Below are positions 24,201 through 39,200 of a stretch of 64,000 bases of DNA, piece after piece. This stretch comes from Mobula hypostoma (taxonomy: Eukaryota): positions 17,174,001 through 17,238,000 of the forward strand of contig NC_086108.1 in the NCBI RefSeq assembly GCF_963921235.1, written 5' to 3'. The notes beneath the pieces are model-generated. The model had not been told where the DNA came from and searched no databases. It saw nothing but the letters and a program-made list of their open reading frames with translations. Both the position numbers and the translations under genes were made by a program. How positions within the stretch are numbered: position 1 is the first letter of the stretch; each line of letters begins with the position of its first letter.

Positions 24201-27200
24201 TAGGGTCGTAAAGAGAGCTTTCGGTACATTGGCCTTTATAAATCAAAGTATTGAGTATAAGAAACACACATAAAAGTTGCTGGTGAACGCAGCAGGCCAG
24301 GCAGCATCTCTAGGAAGAGGTACAGTTGACGTTTCCGGCCGAGACCCTTCGTCAGGACCAACTGGAGTGTTATGTGTGTTGCTTGAAATTCCAGCATCTG
24401 CAGATTTCCTCGTGTACTGAGTGTAAGAGTTGGAATGTTATGGTGAGGTTGTATAAGGCATTGGTGGAGCCGATTTGGAGTATTGTGTGCAGTTTTGGTC
24501 ACCAAATTACAGGAAGGATATTAATAAGGTTGAAAGAATGCAGAGAAGTTTTACAAGGATGTTGCCAGGACTTGAAAAAGTGAGTTACAGAGAAAGATTG
24601 AATAGGTTAGGACTTTATTCCCTGGAGCATAGAAGAATGAGGGGAGATTTGATAGAGGTATATAAAATTATGATTGGTATAGATAGAGTGAATGCAAGCA
24701 GGCTTTTTCCACTGAGGCAGGGAGAGAAAAAAACCAGAGGACATGGGTTAAGGGTGAAGGGGGAAAAGTTTAAAGGGAACATTAGAGGGGGCTTCTTCAC
24801 ACAGAGAGTGGTGGGAGTGTGGAATGAGCTGCCAGATAAAGCGGTAAATGCTTTTAACATTTAAGAAAAACTTGGACAGGTACATGGATGAGAGGTGTAT
24901 GGAAGGATATGGTGCAGGTGCAGGTCAGTGGGACTAGGCAGAAAAATGGTTCGGCACAGCCAAGAAGAGCCAAAAGGCCTGTTTCTGTGCTGTAATGTTC
25001 TGTGGTTCTAACTAAATACAATTTTAAAGTGCTAAACAAAGTGTGAAATGGCCTTCCATGTACAGTGACACTTTCTATCTGAAATAATAACTCTGATACT
25101 GAGCAACACACATCAAAGTTGCAAGTGAACGCAGCAGGCCAGGCAGCATCTCTAGGAAGAGGTGACCAGCAACTTTGATGTGTGTTGCTTGAATTTCCAG
25201 CATCTGCAGAATTCCTGTTGTCTGATACTGAGCAGCATTTTTTTTTCAGATTTATAGAATTAACAATATTTCTGTCACATGATTATCAGCGTTTGTTGTT
25301 GTATTGATTGATGAAATATCTGTAAGTTTTAATTCTTTTCACAGTAAACAAGTTTACTTAGATGTGATTAGTCAGGAACTTCCGACATATTAAATAATTC
25401 CACTCTCAGTTTCTCTTCAAGAGAAGAAAAACCTAGGGAAGGCAAACATTCCTGAGTTATTCTCTTAGGCTTTGGTTCAAAGAGAATTAGATTCAAAGAG
25501 CTTAATTAGATTCATGCATTTTGGTCTAAGAAAGCTTAACTCCTCAAACTTACCACTGGTCATGTGGGACACTTTGGCCAGCTTCTTCATTACATTATCC
25601 ATCCGTGACTGTGTGCTATCCAACTCATAGGAGAACTCGTCAAGCATACTGTGGGAGATTAGAGCGTACAGTGAAACCTTAAACTGAGGAGTGGGGTCCA
25701 ATTTTACCCTCCACACACACTAAATAATTTATAGAACTTGTTACTGACTCCACTTTATATGAGATTTTCCACTTCTCCCTCAGTTACAATGCCTTGCCAT
25801 GATTGTTCTAAAAACAAAGCTACTTAGACTTCATCCTTAGTAATAGCCCCACCAGTATACACCTTCCTTACCTTTACCTCCAAATACATGCAGAAAATAG
25901 CCATTCTCCTTCACCAACAAATATCTCACCTCCTTATAAATGCATAGCATTCCAACACCTACAAATAAACCCTATCATATCCACATCCCCTCAAAACATA
26001 CATGAAGACAGAAACACCTTCGCTCTCAAGTATGAGATAAAATAAGTTGCCCCATGGCTCCCCCTGCACACTCTTGTTCTTCACAAATATATAAAACTCT
26101 CGCTGTCAATTTCATCAGTATATACAGTGGATTCCACTTAATTGGGCCATCAGTTAATCAGGGCAGCTGCATGTTTGAGACAACTCTGAAAGAACAAAAA
26201 CTAATCAAAAAGATAGAGGGGATCCTCTTCATTTATTTGGGCTACCATGCTGCTTAATTGGAATGAGAGACCGCTGCTGAACAGTTTCTAACTAGCATCA
26301 GTCACATACACTAGTGCAGCCGTTAGACATTACACCCCTGCTTCGAGCAAACAGTTTTTAAACAGCATCAGTTGCTGTTATGTTGTCCTTTTGTACCAAT
26401 GGACGCTGATTCAAAAAGCAGTGATTTTTGATCATTTTGATTTTTAAAAAGTTCAGATCCTTGCCAAGATGCCTCAAAAATATTTGACACCAGCTGAAAA
26501 AATTACCCTGCTGGACCAAATTAAAAGCCATCTACCTAACACCACTAATCGTCAGCCAGCAGAGATAACTGGAGTGTTGAAATCTACAATTGCACACTTA
26601 ATACATCAGCAAGATAAATTTGCGAGAAGAATGGGCATTATGCAAGGGACAACAGGGAACTTCCCAACAACGAAAGTGTAAAGGTAAGGACCCAGATGTT
26701 GAAGAGGCCCTCAATCAATGGTTTTCTATCATAACTGGACAAGGTGTGCGTATCAGTAAATTAATGTTAAAAAATAAGTCAGTGAAGGTAGCTAAGAAGC
26801 TGGGTCACAAAGATTTTAAAGCAACAAATGGTTGGTTGTCTCAATGGAAATGTTGGCACCACATTAAATTCAAGAGAGCACATGGTGAGAAAGATAGTGC
26901 TGATGCTGTAAATGGAGAAACACGGAAATCTACAAAATTTCCTGACTTGCTTCAAAAATTTTGTGTAGATACCTACAATGCTGATGAAACAGGACTTTTT
27001 TATTCTGCCATGCTGGATGGTTCCCTTGGCTACAAATATGCAACACTATCAGGTTCCAAGAGAGCAAAGGATCGCATAATGGATCGATTATATGCACTAG
27101 ATGTCCATGTCAATTTTGTTTACTTACAGTCAATCAAAAGAACACATCAGCATTTGACCCTCTGATACTCAAGCCAGGGAGAGCAAGCTGTTGCCCATGC

Positions 27201-30200
27201 AGCAGGCATCATCTCTTCAAGCAGCTGATGAATCGAAACGAATGGCAGAGACTGACAGTTTGGCACCAGTGGTTCCGCAGGTGTTGCCAGTCAGCATTGA
27301 ACTCAACATAGGACAGCCTTAGGAATTCCAGCTCCAGACTTCTTCCTCAGGGTTTACTTCCACAGTCTTTCCCATGAGTCTGTATAGCTGCAAGCAGCGG
27401 AGTTTTCCTTCTAGATGAGCTGTCAACCATGCCTGACGAGCCCCATCTGCCCAAAGTGACTGGTTTTCCACCTGTCTGTAGAAATGGTTCCACTGGGCTT
27501 AGTAGCTAGGCCACACACAAAGGGAGGAGCTAGTCTTGGCTGACAGAGACTATTAGGGATGTACACCATTGGTAACATTTAATAGGAAGTGGGCGCTTAT
27601 CACTACTACCACTCCCCAGCTATGACAACCTTAAGGAACAGCATACCTCTGTCAATAACTTTTAGAAACTAATATACAATTTTATAGTACTGTTGTAGTA
27701 TTGGTTCTATCTTTTCTGTATTTCGTTTAGATACATCATTTGTTACCCAGTTAAATGACAGTTCGTCTTTTATATACATTTAACTGTTTCCCAGAAACTT
27801 CGGCTAGTTGGGACAGCTGCTTAATTGGAACAAAATGTACTTTTCCTGATGTGTCGCACTTTACCAGAATACACCGTATTATTGATTCTATGTATTTTAA
27901 AAATTATAATCCAGTTCTCAGACTACAGCACACACGTTATTCAGCTACGATGCTATTCCTGCTTGTCTGTCATCCAAATGAATGACATCATCCCCAAAGC
28001 TAAAAAACAGAGCAGTGAAAAAGCAGGAAATCTCCATTGAACATTAGCAATTGTTTTATTGAGCTTGGGAAAATAGCTCAGGAAGAGAACAACCCCCATT
28101 CTGTTCAACAGTTCGATGCTAAAGCCAGTGTCACTAACTCCCTTTCACCTTCTCTCCTAGTCCTATGTTTGCAAAATCATTAACTAGCTATTAACTTCTT
28201 TTATTCGTAGTACTTCTGTCAACCTCCATAAGAACAGAACAATGACATTCAGCCCCTTGTTTCCACCACCATGCAATCAAATCATGAGTCTCTTGTATCA
28301 CAGCTCCATCCATACATCTTGGTCTGATTTGCTGTCAAATAAAAATGAATCAAAGGTTTGAAATTCCCAATTTATCCCTTGCATCAACAGCTTTTGGAAA
28401 AGCACAAGCATCAAACTCATTATCTTTGTGCAAAGATCATCTCCTTCAGTTGTCAGAACCCTCGTCATCTGCGTCCAAAACTTCAGGGTTGACGACAGTC
28501 AACCTGCTGTTCTTACCAAGTGCTGAATAACAATAGGGTGAGGTTAGGTGGTGGAATCTGTCAAATCTAGCTATAGTGGACACTCTGCTAAAGGCTGTTG
28601 CAGCTTCTAGAACTACAACACACCAGTGAAAATTAAGGACATGGAAAACAAAGGATTGAACAGCAAAGCTTACTTCCATAAACCCAAAGGACATAGGAGC
28701 AAAATTAGGCCATGTTCCTCTTCCATTATTCTTCTCAATCCTGTTCTCCTACCTTCTCCACAAAACCTTAAACAACGCCTTTACTAATCAACAACCTATC
28801 AACCTCCACTTCAAATCTACCAGTGACTTAGCCTCCCCAGCCATCTGTGGCAATAAACTCCACAGATTCACCAACCACTGGCTAAAGGATTTCCTCCTCA
28901 ACTCTGTCCTTGTATTCTGAGGCTGTGCCTTTAGTCCTAGACTCCTCCACTACAGGAAACATCCTCTCCACATTTACTCTATCTAGGCCTTCCAATATTT
29001 GAAAGGTTTCAATGAGATTCCCCTTCATTCTTTTAAACTCCAGCGAGTATAGGCCCAGAGCCATCAAACGCAACTCATACGTTAATCCTTTCATTCCAGG
29101 GATCATTCTCATGAACCTCCTCTGGACTCTCTCCAATGCCAGCACTTTCTTTCACGGATAAGGGACCCACAACTGCTCACAATACCCCAAGTGAAGTGTA
29201 ACCAATGACTTATAAAGCCTCAGTACTACATCCTTTTATATGCTAGTCTTCTTGAAATGAATGCTAACATTGCATTTGCCTTCCTTACCCACCAACTCAA
29301 TCTGCAAGTTAACCTTAGGGAATCCTGCACGAGGACTCCCGAGCCCCTTGCAGTTCTGATTTCTGAATTTGCACCTGTTTAGAAAATAGTCTATGCCTTT
29401 ATTCCTTCTACCAAACTGCATGACCATATACTTCCCTTCATTTCACTTCACTGTATTCCACCTCACACTTTGCCCATTCTCCTAATCTAAGTCCTTCTGC
29501 AGACTCACTTCCTCCCCAACACTACTTGCCCCTGCACCTACCTTTGTACTGTCTGCAACCCTGGCCAGAAAGCAATCACTTCCATCATCTACATCACTGA
29601 CATATAATATCAAAAGTAGTGGTCCTAACACTGACCCCTGAGGTACATCACTAGTCACTAGCAGTCAACCAGAAAAGGTCCCCTTTATTCCCAATCTTTG
29701 CCTTCTGCCAGTCAGCCAATCTTCTATCCGTGCTAGTATCTTTCCTGTAACATCATGGGCTCTTATCTTATTAAGCAGCCTCATGTGTGACGCCTTGTTA
29801 AAGGCCTTCTGAAAATCCATATGAACAACATCCATTGTCTCTCCTTTGTTTACCCTGTCTGCTATTTCCTCAAAAAACTCCAACAGATTTGTTAGGCAAG
29901 ATCACCTCTCAAGGAAACCATGCTGACTTTGGCCTATTTCATCATATTCCTTCAAGTACCCCAAAACCTCATCCTTAATAATGGACTCCAACATCTTCCC
30001 AACCACTGAAGTGTGGCTAACTTCAGGTCACTATAATTTCCTGTCTTTTGCCCCCTTCCCTTTTTAAAGAGAGCAGGGACATTTGCAATTGTCCGGTCCT
30101 CCGGAACCATTCTAGAATCTTGAGATTCTTGAAAAATCATTACTAATGCCTCCATAATCTCCTCAACTACTTCTTTCAGAACCCTGAGGTGTAGTCCATC

Positions 30201-33200
30201 TTGTCCAAGTGACTTATCTACTTTCAGATCTTTCAGCATCCCAAGTACCTTCTCCCTAGTAATAGCAACAACATTCACTTCCGCCCCCTGACTTTCTTGC
30301 ATTTCTAACATACTGCTGGGTGTCTTCCACTGTGAAGACTGATGCAAATACTTACTAATTTTGACTGCTATATCTTTGTTCCCCATTACTACCTCTCCAG
30401 TATCATTTTCCAGCAGTTTGATATCCACTCTTAACTCCCTTTTATGCTTTATATATCTGAAAAATACTGGTATCTTTTATAGTATTGGCTAGCTCACCTT
30501 CATATTTCATCTTTTCTCTCCTTATTGCTTTTTAACTTTGGGGCCAAACAGAGCAATGACTGCACAACAGGACAAAAGTGAAACTTAAGGAAAGCATACA
30601 TCTGAAGTAACACTCACACTGCTTGCTCATCCAATTCATGGCCGATCTTCTGCGACATGTTCTTCAAAACTCCGATGCTGCCTGAAACCAGCTCCAGCTG
30701 ATCATCCTGCTGCTCCACGATCAACTATGTGGGACGAATGGCATAAAAATAGGCTAACAAAAACCCAAAGTCCCTTGGTCCTCCGCTCCTTAAATAAACA
30801 CCAACACAGGACTGGTAGATTTCTATAACTGAGGATGGTGAGTTCTTTGTGTTCTCCATAAACTCTTCTTCCTTTATCTGCACAAAGATACCTCACTTGA
30901 CCTTAGCTATTTTCTAGTAGATGATAGTTTTTTTGCTCTCTAGTGTTCCTCCCTTCTTTGCTCAACTTGTTTTCCTCTTTTTGCTGGATGTGGTTCCTTG
31001 AGTCTTTGTTTTCACTGTGACACTGGATGCAAAAGGTCGCTGTCATTGATAGACTTCACAGCCTAGCTTTGTGCCTTGCTTGTACCTACAAGCTTGTACA
31101 CTGCAGGACACAGCGAAAGCAGGAACCCAAGCTGATGTCAATCACAATTCCCGTTTCTTCCTGTCCAGTTTAACAATGTGTTTCCTAATTTCAATCACAC
31201 TCAGCCCAGCCTTGGATCAGATCTGTAATCTGGTGAAGGACAGGGTAATCCTATCAACTGGTTGTGCCTCCTTCTCTCCCTACACAAGACTTTCTGAGAC
31301 GGTGTCATGTCTGAAGTCTGGGCCTCATTCTCCCATCATAGCCACATGCTAAAAGATATTCTACACTTCCATTTCCCCACCCACTGCAATCAACTTGCAG
31401 CAACTGTGCTGTCAGTTTGCTTGGTTACCTGCTGTTGCATGTTTTGGTCCTCAATGAACTGAGAATTCACTGCTTGCAGTTCTTGATCAAGTCGGCTGTA
31501 TTTGTCTGAAGTGAAGCTTGGTCTCTGGCTTCCCCTAGCGCTTAGCAGTGCCTGCACAAACATCAAAGAGCCAGAGCTATTCTCCACACAGCAAATCCCA
31601 CATATACCAGGATAAAAGAACTTGTGTTAACATAGAAAATTCCAAAGCTGTACATAAGAAATCAAGCAAATAAGTTTCTAAGAAAACATGGTAATAACCA
31701 GATCAGTCGTTTTAAAGGCAAAATTGTAAGAATTAGGCCACTTTGCCCTTGGGGTCTGCTTCATGACTCAAATTATTCCAAATTGTCCTGTGATTAGGCT
31801 TGGGCTAAATTGGAGCTGCTGGATGGCACAGCTCATAGGTCTAATGTATCTCAAAAATAAAATAATCACATCAGAGAAATCCACTGAGAGATTATGTCGT
31901 GTTTACCTTGACGTTATCCAAAGGGCCATAAGAAATCTCAGCTGTGGTGCCCATTACGCACAAGGTTTCTGAATCAATAATAAACAAGCGTCAATAAAAG
32001 CCACACACCTGTCGGTTTCTCTGTTCCACTAATGCTTGCATCGAAGAACTGGACATGTGATCTTTCATTTCCTGTAAGTACAACAGATTCGGGTAACTAC
32101 ATATCTCACCAGATAGGAGTGTTAACCAAGGTACTGACTGTGCTTCTTTTAACCATCTATTTTGTTCCACTACTGCATATATTAGTGTAACTGAGTAGAA
32201 ATAAATTTGCATTTCAAACTCTGGACTAACCCAAACACAACTAATGTTCTAAAAATCATGAAGGAAGGAAAGGTAGAGGTAGGTTAAATACATAGCAAAG
32301 CTCCTTCTCCAATCCTTCAGCAACTCTGTTAGATTCTGGTGTTTAATCCAAGGTTCTCTCAAGAGGCACAAAACCTGATGGCAGCAGCGAGAAAAGGGCA
32401 TGGCCTGGGTGGGGAGGATCTTTGATGATGGATGCTGCTTTTCTATGACAACATTTCATGTAGATATGCTTAATGTTGGGAGGGCTTTACCCATGATGTA
32501 CAGGGCCCAATCCACTACCTTTTGCAGGATTTTCCACTCAAGGCATTGGTGTTCCCATACCAAGCCATAATGCAGCCAAGTCAGCACTCCTTCCACTACA
32601 CATCTACAGAAGGTTTTTGATGACATGATAAATCTCTGCAGACTCCTGAGGAAATAGAGGCACTGTCGTGCTTTTTTTGCAGTTATATTTATATGGCGGG
32701 TCCAGTTAACCAGTGGGAAAGCACTTACTCACTTAATACAGAACAAAGAAACTTCCAGGGCTTTTCAGAATTATACCTTGTATAGCCACTAGATGCATAT
32801 TAAACTGTTAGAACTACTTAAATATAAGCAGATAATTGTTAAACTGCGAGGAAAATAACAATCAAACAGTCGGATCCAACGGCTTCCAACATGCTTTTTG
32901 CATTTCCCACACTAGACACTGGTACTGGGTTCCACATGACCAACAGGATTCTAATGCTCCCTCAAACACCCCAAGCCAAGGTGGTCAGTCAAATTGTTTA
33001 GTTGATGTGCAGGCTGCCTAAATGGCCTCAGATTACGGAGCTACAAACACAGTGTAGAAAATATATACTTGTAAAATAACACATGAAAACCACATCTGCA
33101 GGAATTATCTCTCCATGATTTGTTCTGCATCTTCTTCCCATAAGGTATCAGCAATAAGAAGAATATGAATAACAAAACACATCAGTATTCTAAGATCTTT

Positions 33201-36200
33201 TATAGTTAATACCTTTGACTTTGATTACCATTTATCGTTTCCTCATGGAAATGCTGGAATAAGCCAGAGGGCACTTTACAGTCCAATGTACTTATGGGAA
33301 AGATTGCAGAGGGAGCTTTGCTGTGTACTAAACCTGGCCTTCCCTTCCCTAAAGATTTTTTGGTATGACTATAACAGGGAAATGACACTTTGTTCCCTCC
33401 TGAAAGAGTATTAGGACATCAGTTGAGTTTTCAATTACAATCTGACAGCAGGACATTGACTTTAAACTGTTTGAGACTTGAAACCATTTTCTGGATTATC
33501 CATTCATCTTCCACACCGGCAAACAATATAACTAATACCTTGCACCAAAGTAACTCCAGACACAAATACAGTTTTAGCAATGGCATTAGTCACAAAAGAG
33601 GACAATAGCGTATTTTGTTCTCCCTCTCCTCATAATCTTCCATGTTATTCTCTCAAGTCCCACTGCGTCCTTGCCCAACAACAGGAGACACTGATTCTCA
33701 ACTTCCCATACACTACCACAACTCACATGAAGCACTCACTTTCACATGCATCAAGGCTTACCTTTACGATTTGTTTTGTACTGGTAATGAACGCTTTCCT
33801 TTTACTCAATTCTGCTGGATCGAGGTTAAACTTGCGAGGGTTTGTCTCCACGATGCGTAATGTGCAGTTGAGGCAAACTAACTGATGCATGTATGGTAGG
33901 TGTGAACTCAACAAACAAATTATATTGTCTTTAACATAATGAATTATGTGCTTTGCAGAAACATAATCAAATCCAGTTAAAAATTACTCAGATTGTAGCA
34001 TTTTTTTTTAGCTTTAATTGCCTTTATATACTCTGGGGAAAAAAAATGCCCTTGCCATGGAACATTTCAAAATCCCATCTTTTGCTCTCACTCTTTCCCA
34101 CATCACCCCAACTTAGGACACAAATATTACTCACTTTAAAATATACTTTACATCTGTAGGCAATAGGGTAAATTCCACAACCTCCTTTTGATGCCATCCC
34201 AACATTACTGTTGTTATAAAGATGCCAAGTTCTGCTCTGTTTCCACATATACTTTCACCTAACAATTGATTCTTGTGTTTCGTAACTTGGCTGAATCTAA
34301 TTCCCTTCTCAAACGATGATGGATTATTGTAGTCTAAAAGCAAGAACCACAGAAAATGAAATCCTGAAATAAAAACAGAAAATACTGCTAAGTTACTATT
34401 CAACTTTTATTTTCTGTTTCAATTTCTGATTTCCTGCTTTTGCAATTTAGTTTCAGCTCTTGGTCGCCATCCTGTCACAACCATTCGTGTACTCAACAAT
34501 CCTCTTTCTTCTCTGCAACTTAATTTCCATTTTTTCAGTTCTGAAAATGTTCAGTTCAATTCTCTGGTTTCTCTCTCCATCAACACCACTTGACCTAGTT
34601 TCCAGCATTTTCTACTTCTATTAAAATATTACAACTTGATTTAACAATACTGTCACCAAATTCAATTTGCTACTAAGCACAACTACTTTAACATTTACTT
34701 TGGGAAATTATTCCAGTTACTCAAATATTAGCCATTGGAAATTCCATTAAGGGGGAACTTACTTTCAGTATTAATGTTGGTTGTAAGTTGGACAGTGAAT
34801 TTCACCTCCAGTTTTAATCATTGCAGGATAACACGTAGCTGGCTTACTGTAGCTCTGTTCACTAAATTTCAGAACAGACGTGGTGACATCTACGTGGAAA
34901 AGATTTAGGCACATACAGTGGTGCTAGGAAGTTTGTGAACGCTGTAGAATTTTCTTTATTTCTTCATAAATATGACCTAAAATGTGATCAGATCTTCACA
35001 CAAGTCCTAAAACAAGACAGAACATAGAACAGTACAGCACAGTACAAGCCCTTCAACCCACAATGTTGTGCTGACCCTTAAACCCTGCCTCCCATATAAC
35101 CCCCCCCACCTTAAATTCCTCCATATACCTGTCCAGTAGTCTCTTAAATTTGAACCACTCTGAGTAAAAAACCTTCCTCTAATATCCCCCTTGAACTTCC
35201 CACCCCTTACCTTAAAGCTTTGTCCTCTTGTATTGAGCAGTGATGCCCTGGGGAAGAGGCGCTGGCTGTCCACTCCATCTATTCCTCTTAATATCTTGTC
35301 TATCCTCAATCATGTCTCCTCTCATCCTCCTTCTCTCCGAAGAGTAAAGCCCTAGCTCCCTTAATCTCTGATCACAATGCATACTCTCTAAACCAGGCAG
35401 CATCCTGGTAAATCTCCTCTGTACCCTTTCCAATGCTTCTACATCCTTCCTATAGTGAGGCGACCAGAACTAGACACAGTACTCCAAGTGTGGCCTAACC
35501 AGAGTTTTATAGAGCTGCATCATTATCCCGCGACTCTTAAACGCTATCCCTCGACTTATGAAAGCTAACACCCCATAAGCTTTCTTAACTACCCTATCTA
35601 CCTGGAGGCAACTTTCAGGGATCTATGGACATGTACGCCCAGATCCCTCTGCTCCTCCACACTATCAAATATCCTGCCATTTACTTTGTACTCTGCTTTG
35701 GAGTTTGTCCTTCGAAAGTGTACCACCTCACACTTCTGCAGGTTGAACTCCATCTGCCACAACTCAGCCCCTTCTGCATCCTATCAATGTCTCTCTGCAA
35801 TCTTCGACAATCCTCTACACTCTCCACAACACCACCAACCTTTGTGTCATCTGCAAACTTGCCAACCCACCCTTCTACCCCCACGTCCAGGTCGTTAATA
35901 AAAATCACGAAAAGTAGAGGTCCCAGAACAGATCCTTGTGGGACACCACTAGTCACAATCCTCCAATCTGAATGTACTCCCTCCACCACCACCCTCCGCC
36001 TTCTGCAGGCAAGCCAATTCTGAATCCACCTGGCCAAACTTCCCTGGATCCCATGCCTTCTGACTTCCTGAATAACCCTACCATGTGGAACCTTGTCAAA
36101 TGCCTTACTAAAATCCATGTAGATCACATCCACTGCACTATCCTCATCTATATGTCTGGTCACCACCTCAAAGAACTCTATCAGGCTTGTTAGACACGAT

Positions 36201-39200
36201 CCGCCCTTCACAAAGCCATGCTGACTGTCCCTGATCAGACCATGATTCTCTAAATGCCCAGAGATCCTATCTCTAAGAATCTTTTCCAACAGCTTTCCCA
36301 TCACAGACGTAAGGCACATTGGTCTATAATTACCCTGACTATCCCTACTACCCTTTTTGAACAAGGGGGCAACATTCGCCTCCCTCCAATCCTCCGGTAC
36401 CATTCCCGTGGACAACGAGGACATAAAGATCTTAGCCAGAGGCTCGCAATCTCTTCCCTTGCCTCGTGGAGCAGCAGGGGAATATTTCGTCAGGCCCCAG
36501 GGACTTACCCGTCCTAATGTATTTTAACAACTCCAACACCTCCTCTCCCTTAATAGCAACATGCTCCAGAACATTAACCTCACTCATATTGTCCTCACCT
36601 TCATCAAGTTCCCTCTCATTGATGAATACCGAAGAGAAGTATTCATTGAGGACCTCGCTCACTTCCACAGCCTCCAACCTTTGTCTCTAATCAGTCCTAT
36701 CTTCACTCCTGTCATCCTTTTGTCCTTCACATAATTGAAGAATGCCTTGGGGTTTTTCTTTACCCTACTCACCAAGGCCTTTTCATACCCCCTTCTTGCT
36801 GTCCTCAGCCCCTTCTCAAGCTCCTTTCTTCCTACCCTATATTCCTCAATAGACCCATCTGATCCTTGCTTCCTAAACCTCATGTATGCTGCCTTCTTCC
36901 ACCTGACTAGATTTTCCACCTCACTTGTCACCCATGGTTCCTTCACCCTACCATTCTTTATCTTCCTCACCGGGACAAATTTATCCCTAACATCCTGCAA
37001 GAGATCCCTGAACATCGACCACATGTCCATTGTACATTTCCCTGCAAAAAAATCATCCCAATTCACACCTGCAACTTCTAGCCTTATAGCCTCATAATTT
37101 GTCCTTCCTCAATTAAAAATTTTCCTGTCCTCTCTGATTCTATCCTTTTCCATGATAATGCTAAAGGCCAGGGAGCGGTGGTCACTGTCCCCCAGATGCT
37201 CACCCACTGAGAGATCTGTGACCTGACCTGGTTTGTTACCTAATATTGCATTTCCCCTAGTCGGCCTGTCAACATACTGTGACAGGAATTTGTCCTGGAC
37301 ACACTTAACAAACTCTGCCCTGTCTAAACCATTGGAACTGATCAGGTGCCAATCGGTATTAGGGAAGTTAAAGTCACCCATGATAACAACACTGTTATTT
37401 TTGCACCTTTCCAAAATCTGCTTCCCATGCTACCAGGGGGCCTATAGAATACCCCCAACAGAGTAACTGCTCCCTTCCTATTCCTGACTTCTACCCATAC
37501 TGACTCAAAAGAGGATCCTGCTACATTACCTACCCTTTCTGTAGCTGTAATAGTATCCCTGACCAGTAATTCCACCCCTCCTCCCCTCCCCCCCATCCCT
37601 TTTAAAACACTGAAATCCAGGAATATTGAGAATCCATTCCTGCCCTGGTGCCAGCCAATTCTCTGTAATGGCCACTACATCATAATTCCATGTATGTATC
37701 CAAGCTCTCAGTTCATCACCTTTGTTCCTGATGCTTCTTGCACTTTAGCCCTTCTACCTTACTACCTTTACACCCTTTATTCTGCTTCTCTTTCCTCAAA
37801 GCCTCTTTATATGTTAGATCTGGCTTTACTCCATGCACTTCTTCCACTGCTCTATTGCTCTGGGTCCCATCCCCCTTGCAAATTAGTTTAAACCCTCCTG
37901 AACCATGCTAGCAAACCTGCCTGCAAGGATATTGCTCCCCCTTGATAAAGAGAATCAAATTAAATTAAAAATTATACTTGCTCATTTATTTATTTATTGA
38001 GAAAAATTATCCAATATTACATGTATTTGTTGGAAAAAGTAAGCGAACCTCTGAAGTAATGCCTTCTACAAAATCTATTTGGAGTCAGCTGTTTCAATCA
38101 ATAAAATGAGATTGGAGGTGTGGGTTGTAGAGCTGCCCTGCCCTATTAAAGAGACACACAAAGTCAGGCTATTGACAGAGCCTGCTCTTCTCAAGAAATA
38201 TCTGTTTATGTGCACCATGCCTCGATCAAAACAACTTTCAGAGGATGTTAATAGAATTGTACATTTATAGCTGGAAAAAGCTACAAGAGCATTTTGAAAG
38301 ACCTGAATGTTCATCAGCCCACAGCAAGAGAAATTGTCTACAAATGGAGGAAACTCAGTACAGTTGCTACTCTCCCTAGGAGTGGGCATCCTACAAAGAT
38401 CACACCAAGAGCACAATGTACAATACTGAAGTAGGTGAGAAGGAACCGAAAGGTAACAGCAAAAGACCTGCAAAATTCTTGAGAACTTACTAAAGTATCT
38501 GTTTGTGCATCCACTATAAGAAAAACACATAACAAGACTAGTGTTCATGGAAGGACACCACAGAGGAAACCACTGCTCTTGGCAAAAAAACACTGCTGCA
38601 CTTCTGAAGTTTGCAAAAGACCACCTGGATGTTCTATAATGCTTCTGGGACAATATTCTGTGGACAGATGAAACAGAAGTTGAACTTTTGGCAGAAATGC
38701 TCATTGCTACGTTTGGAGAAAAAAAGGCACTGCACACAAACACCAACACCATAACCTCATCCCAACTGTGAAACATGGTGGAAGGAGCAACATGGTTTGG
38801 GCTACTTTGCTGCCTCAGGGCTTGGACAGCTTGCAATCATCGAGGGGACAATGAATTCAAAATTGTATCAAGATATTTTACAGGAGAATGTCAGAGTAGC
38901 AGTCCGTCACCTGAAGCGTAATAGAAGTTGGATAATGCAACAAGACAATAATCCAAAAGACAACAGTAAATAAACAACAGAATGGTTTAAGAAGAAGAAA
39001 ATTTATAATTTGGAAGGCCAAATCAAAGTCCTGACCTTAATCCTATAGAAACGTTGTGGAAGGACCTGAAACAAGAACTTCATGCAAAAAAGCCCACCAT
39101 CATCCCAGAGTTGAAGCAGTTTTGTAATGAAGAATGGCCTACAATTCCTCCAAGCCGATGTGCATGACTGATCAACAGTTACTGGAAGCGTTTGGTTGAA

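Larger units (their letters stand above)
21618..25010 (+). mobile_element. CR1 LINE, near-complete ORF2 (endonuclease + RT) with frameshifts/stops
   Basis: [76 protein letters not shown]; tail gttctgtggttcta. Confidence 0.93.

Noticed and set aside
26469..27165. Possible domesticated TIGD/CENP-B-like gene
   Set aside because: Frameshifted, truncated after the first catalytic Asp and still bounded by TIRs and TA TSDs, so a transposon fossil
38075..38836. 253-aa minus-strand ORF
   Set aside because: Antisense to the decayed Tc1 transposase; a common artefact
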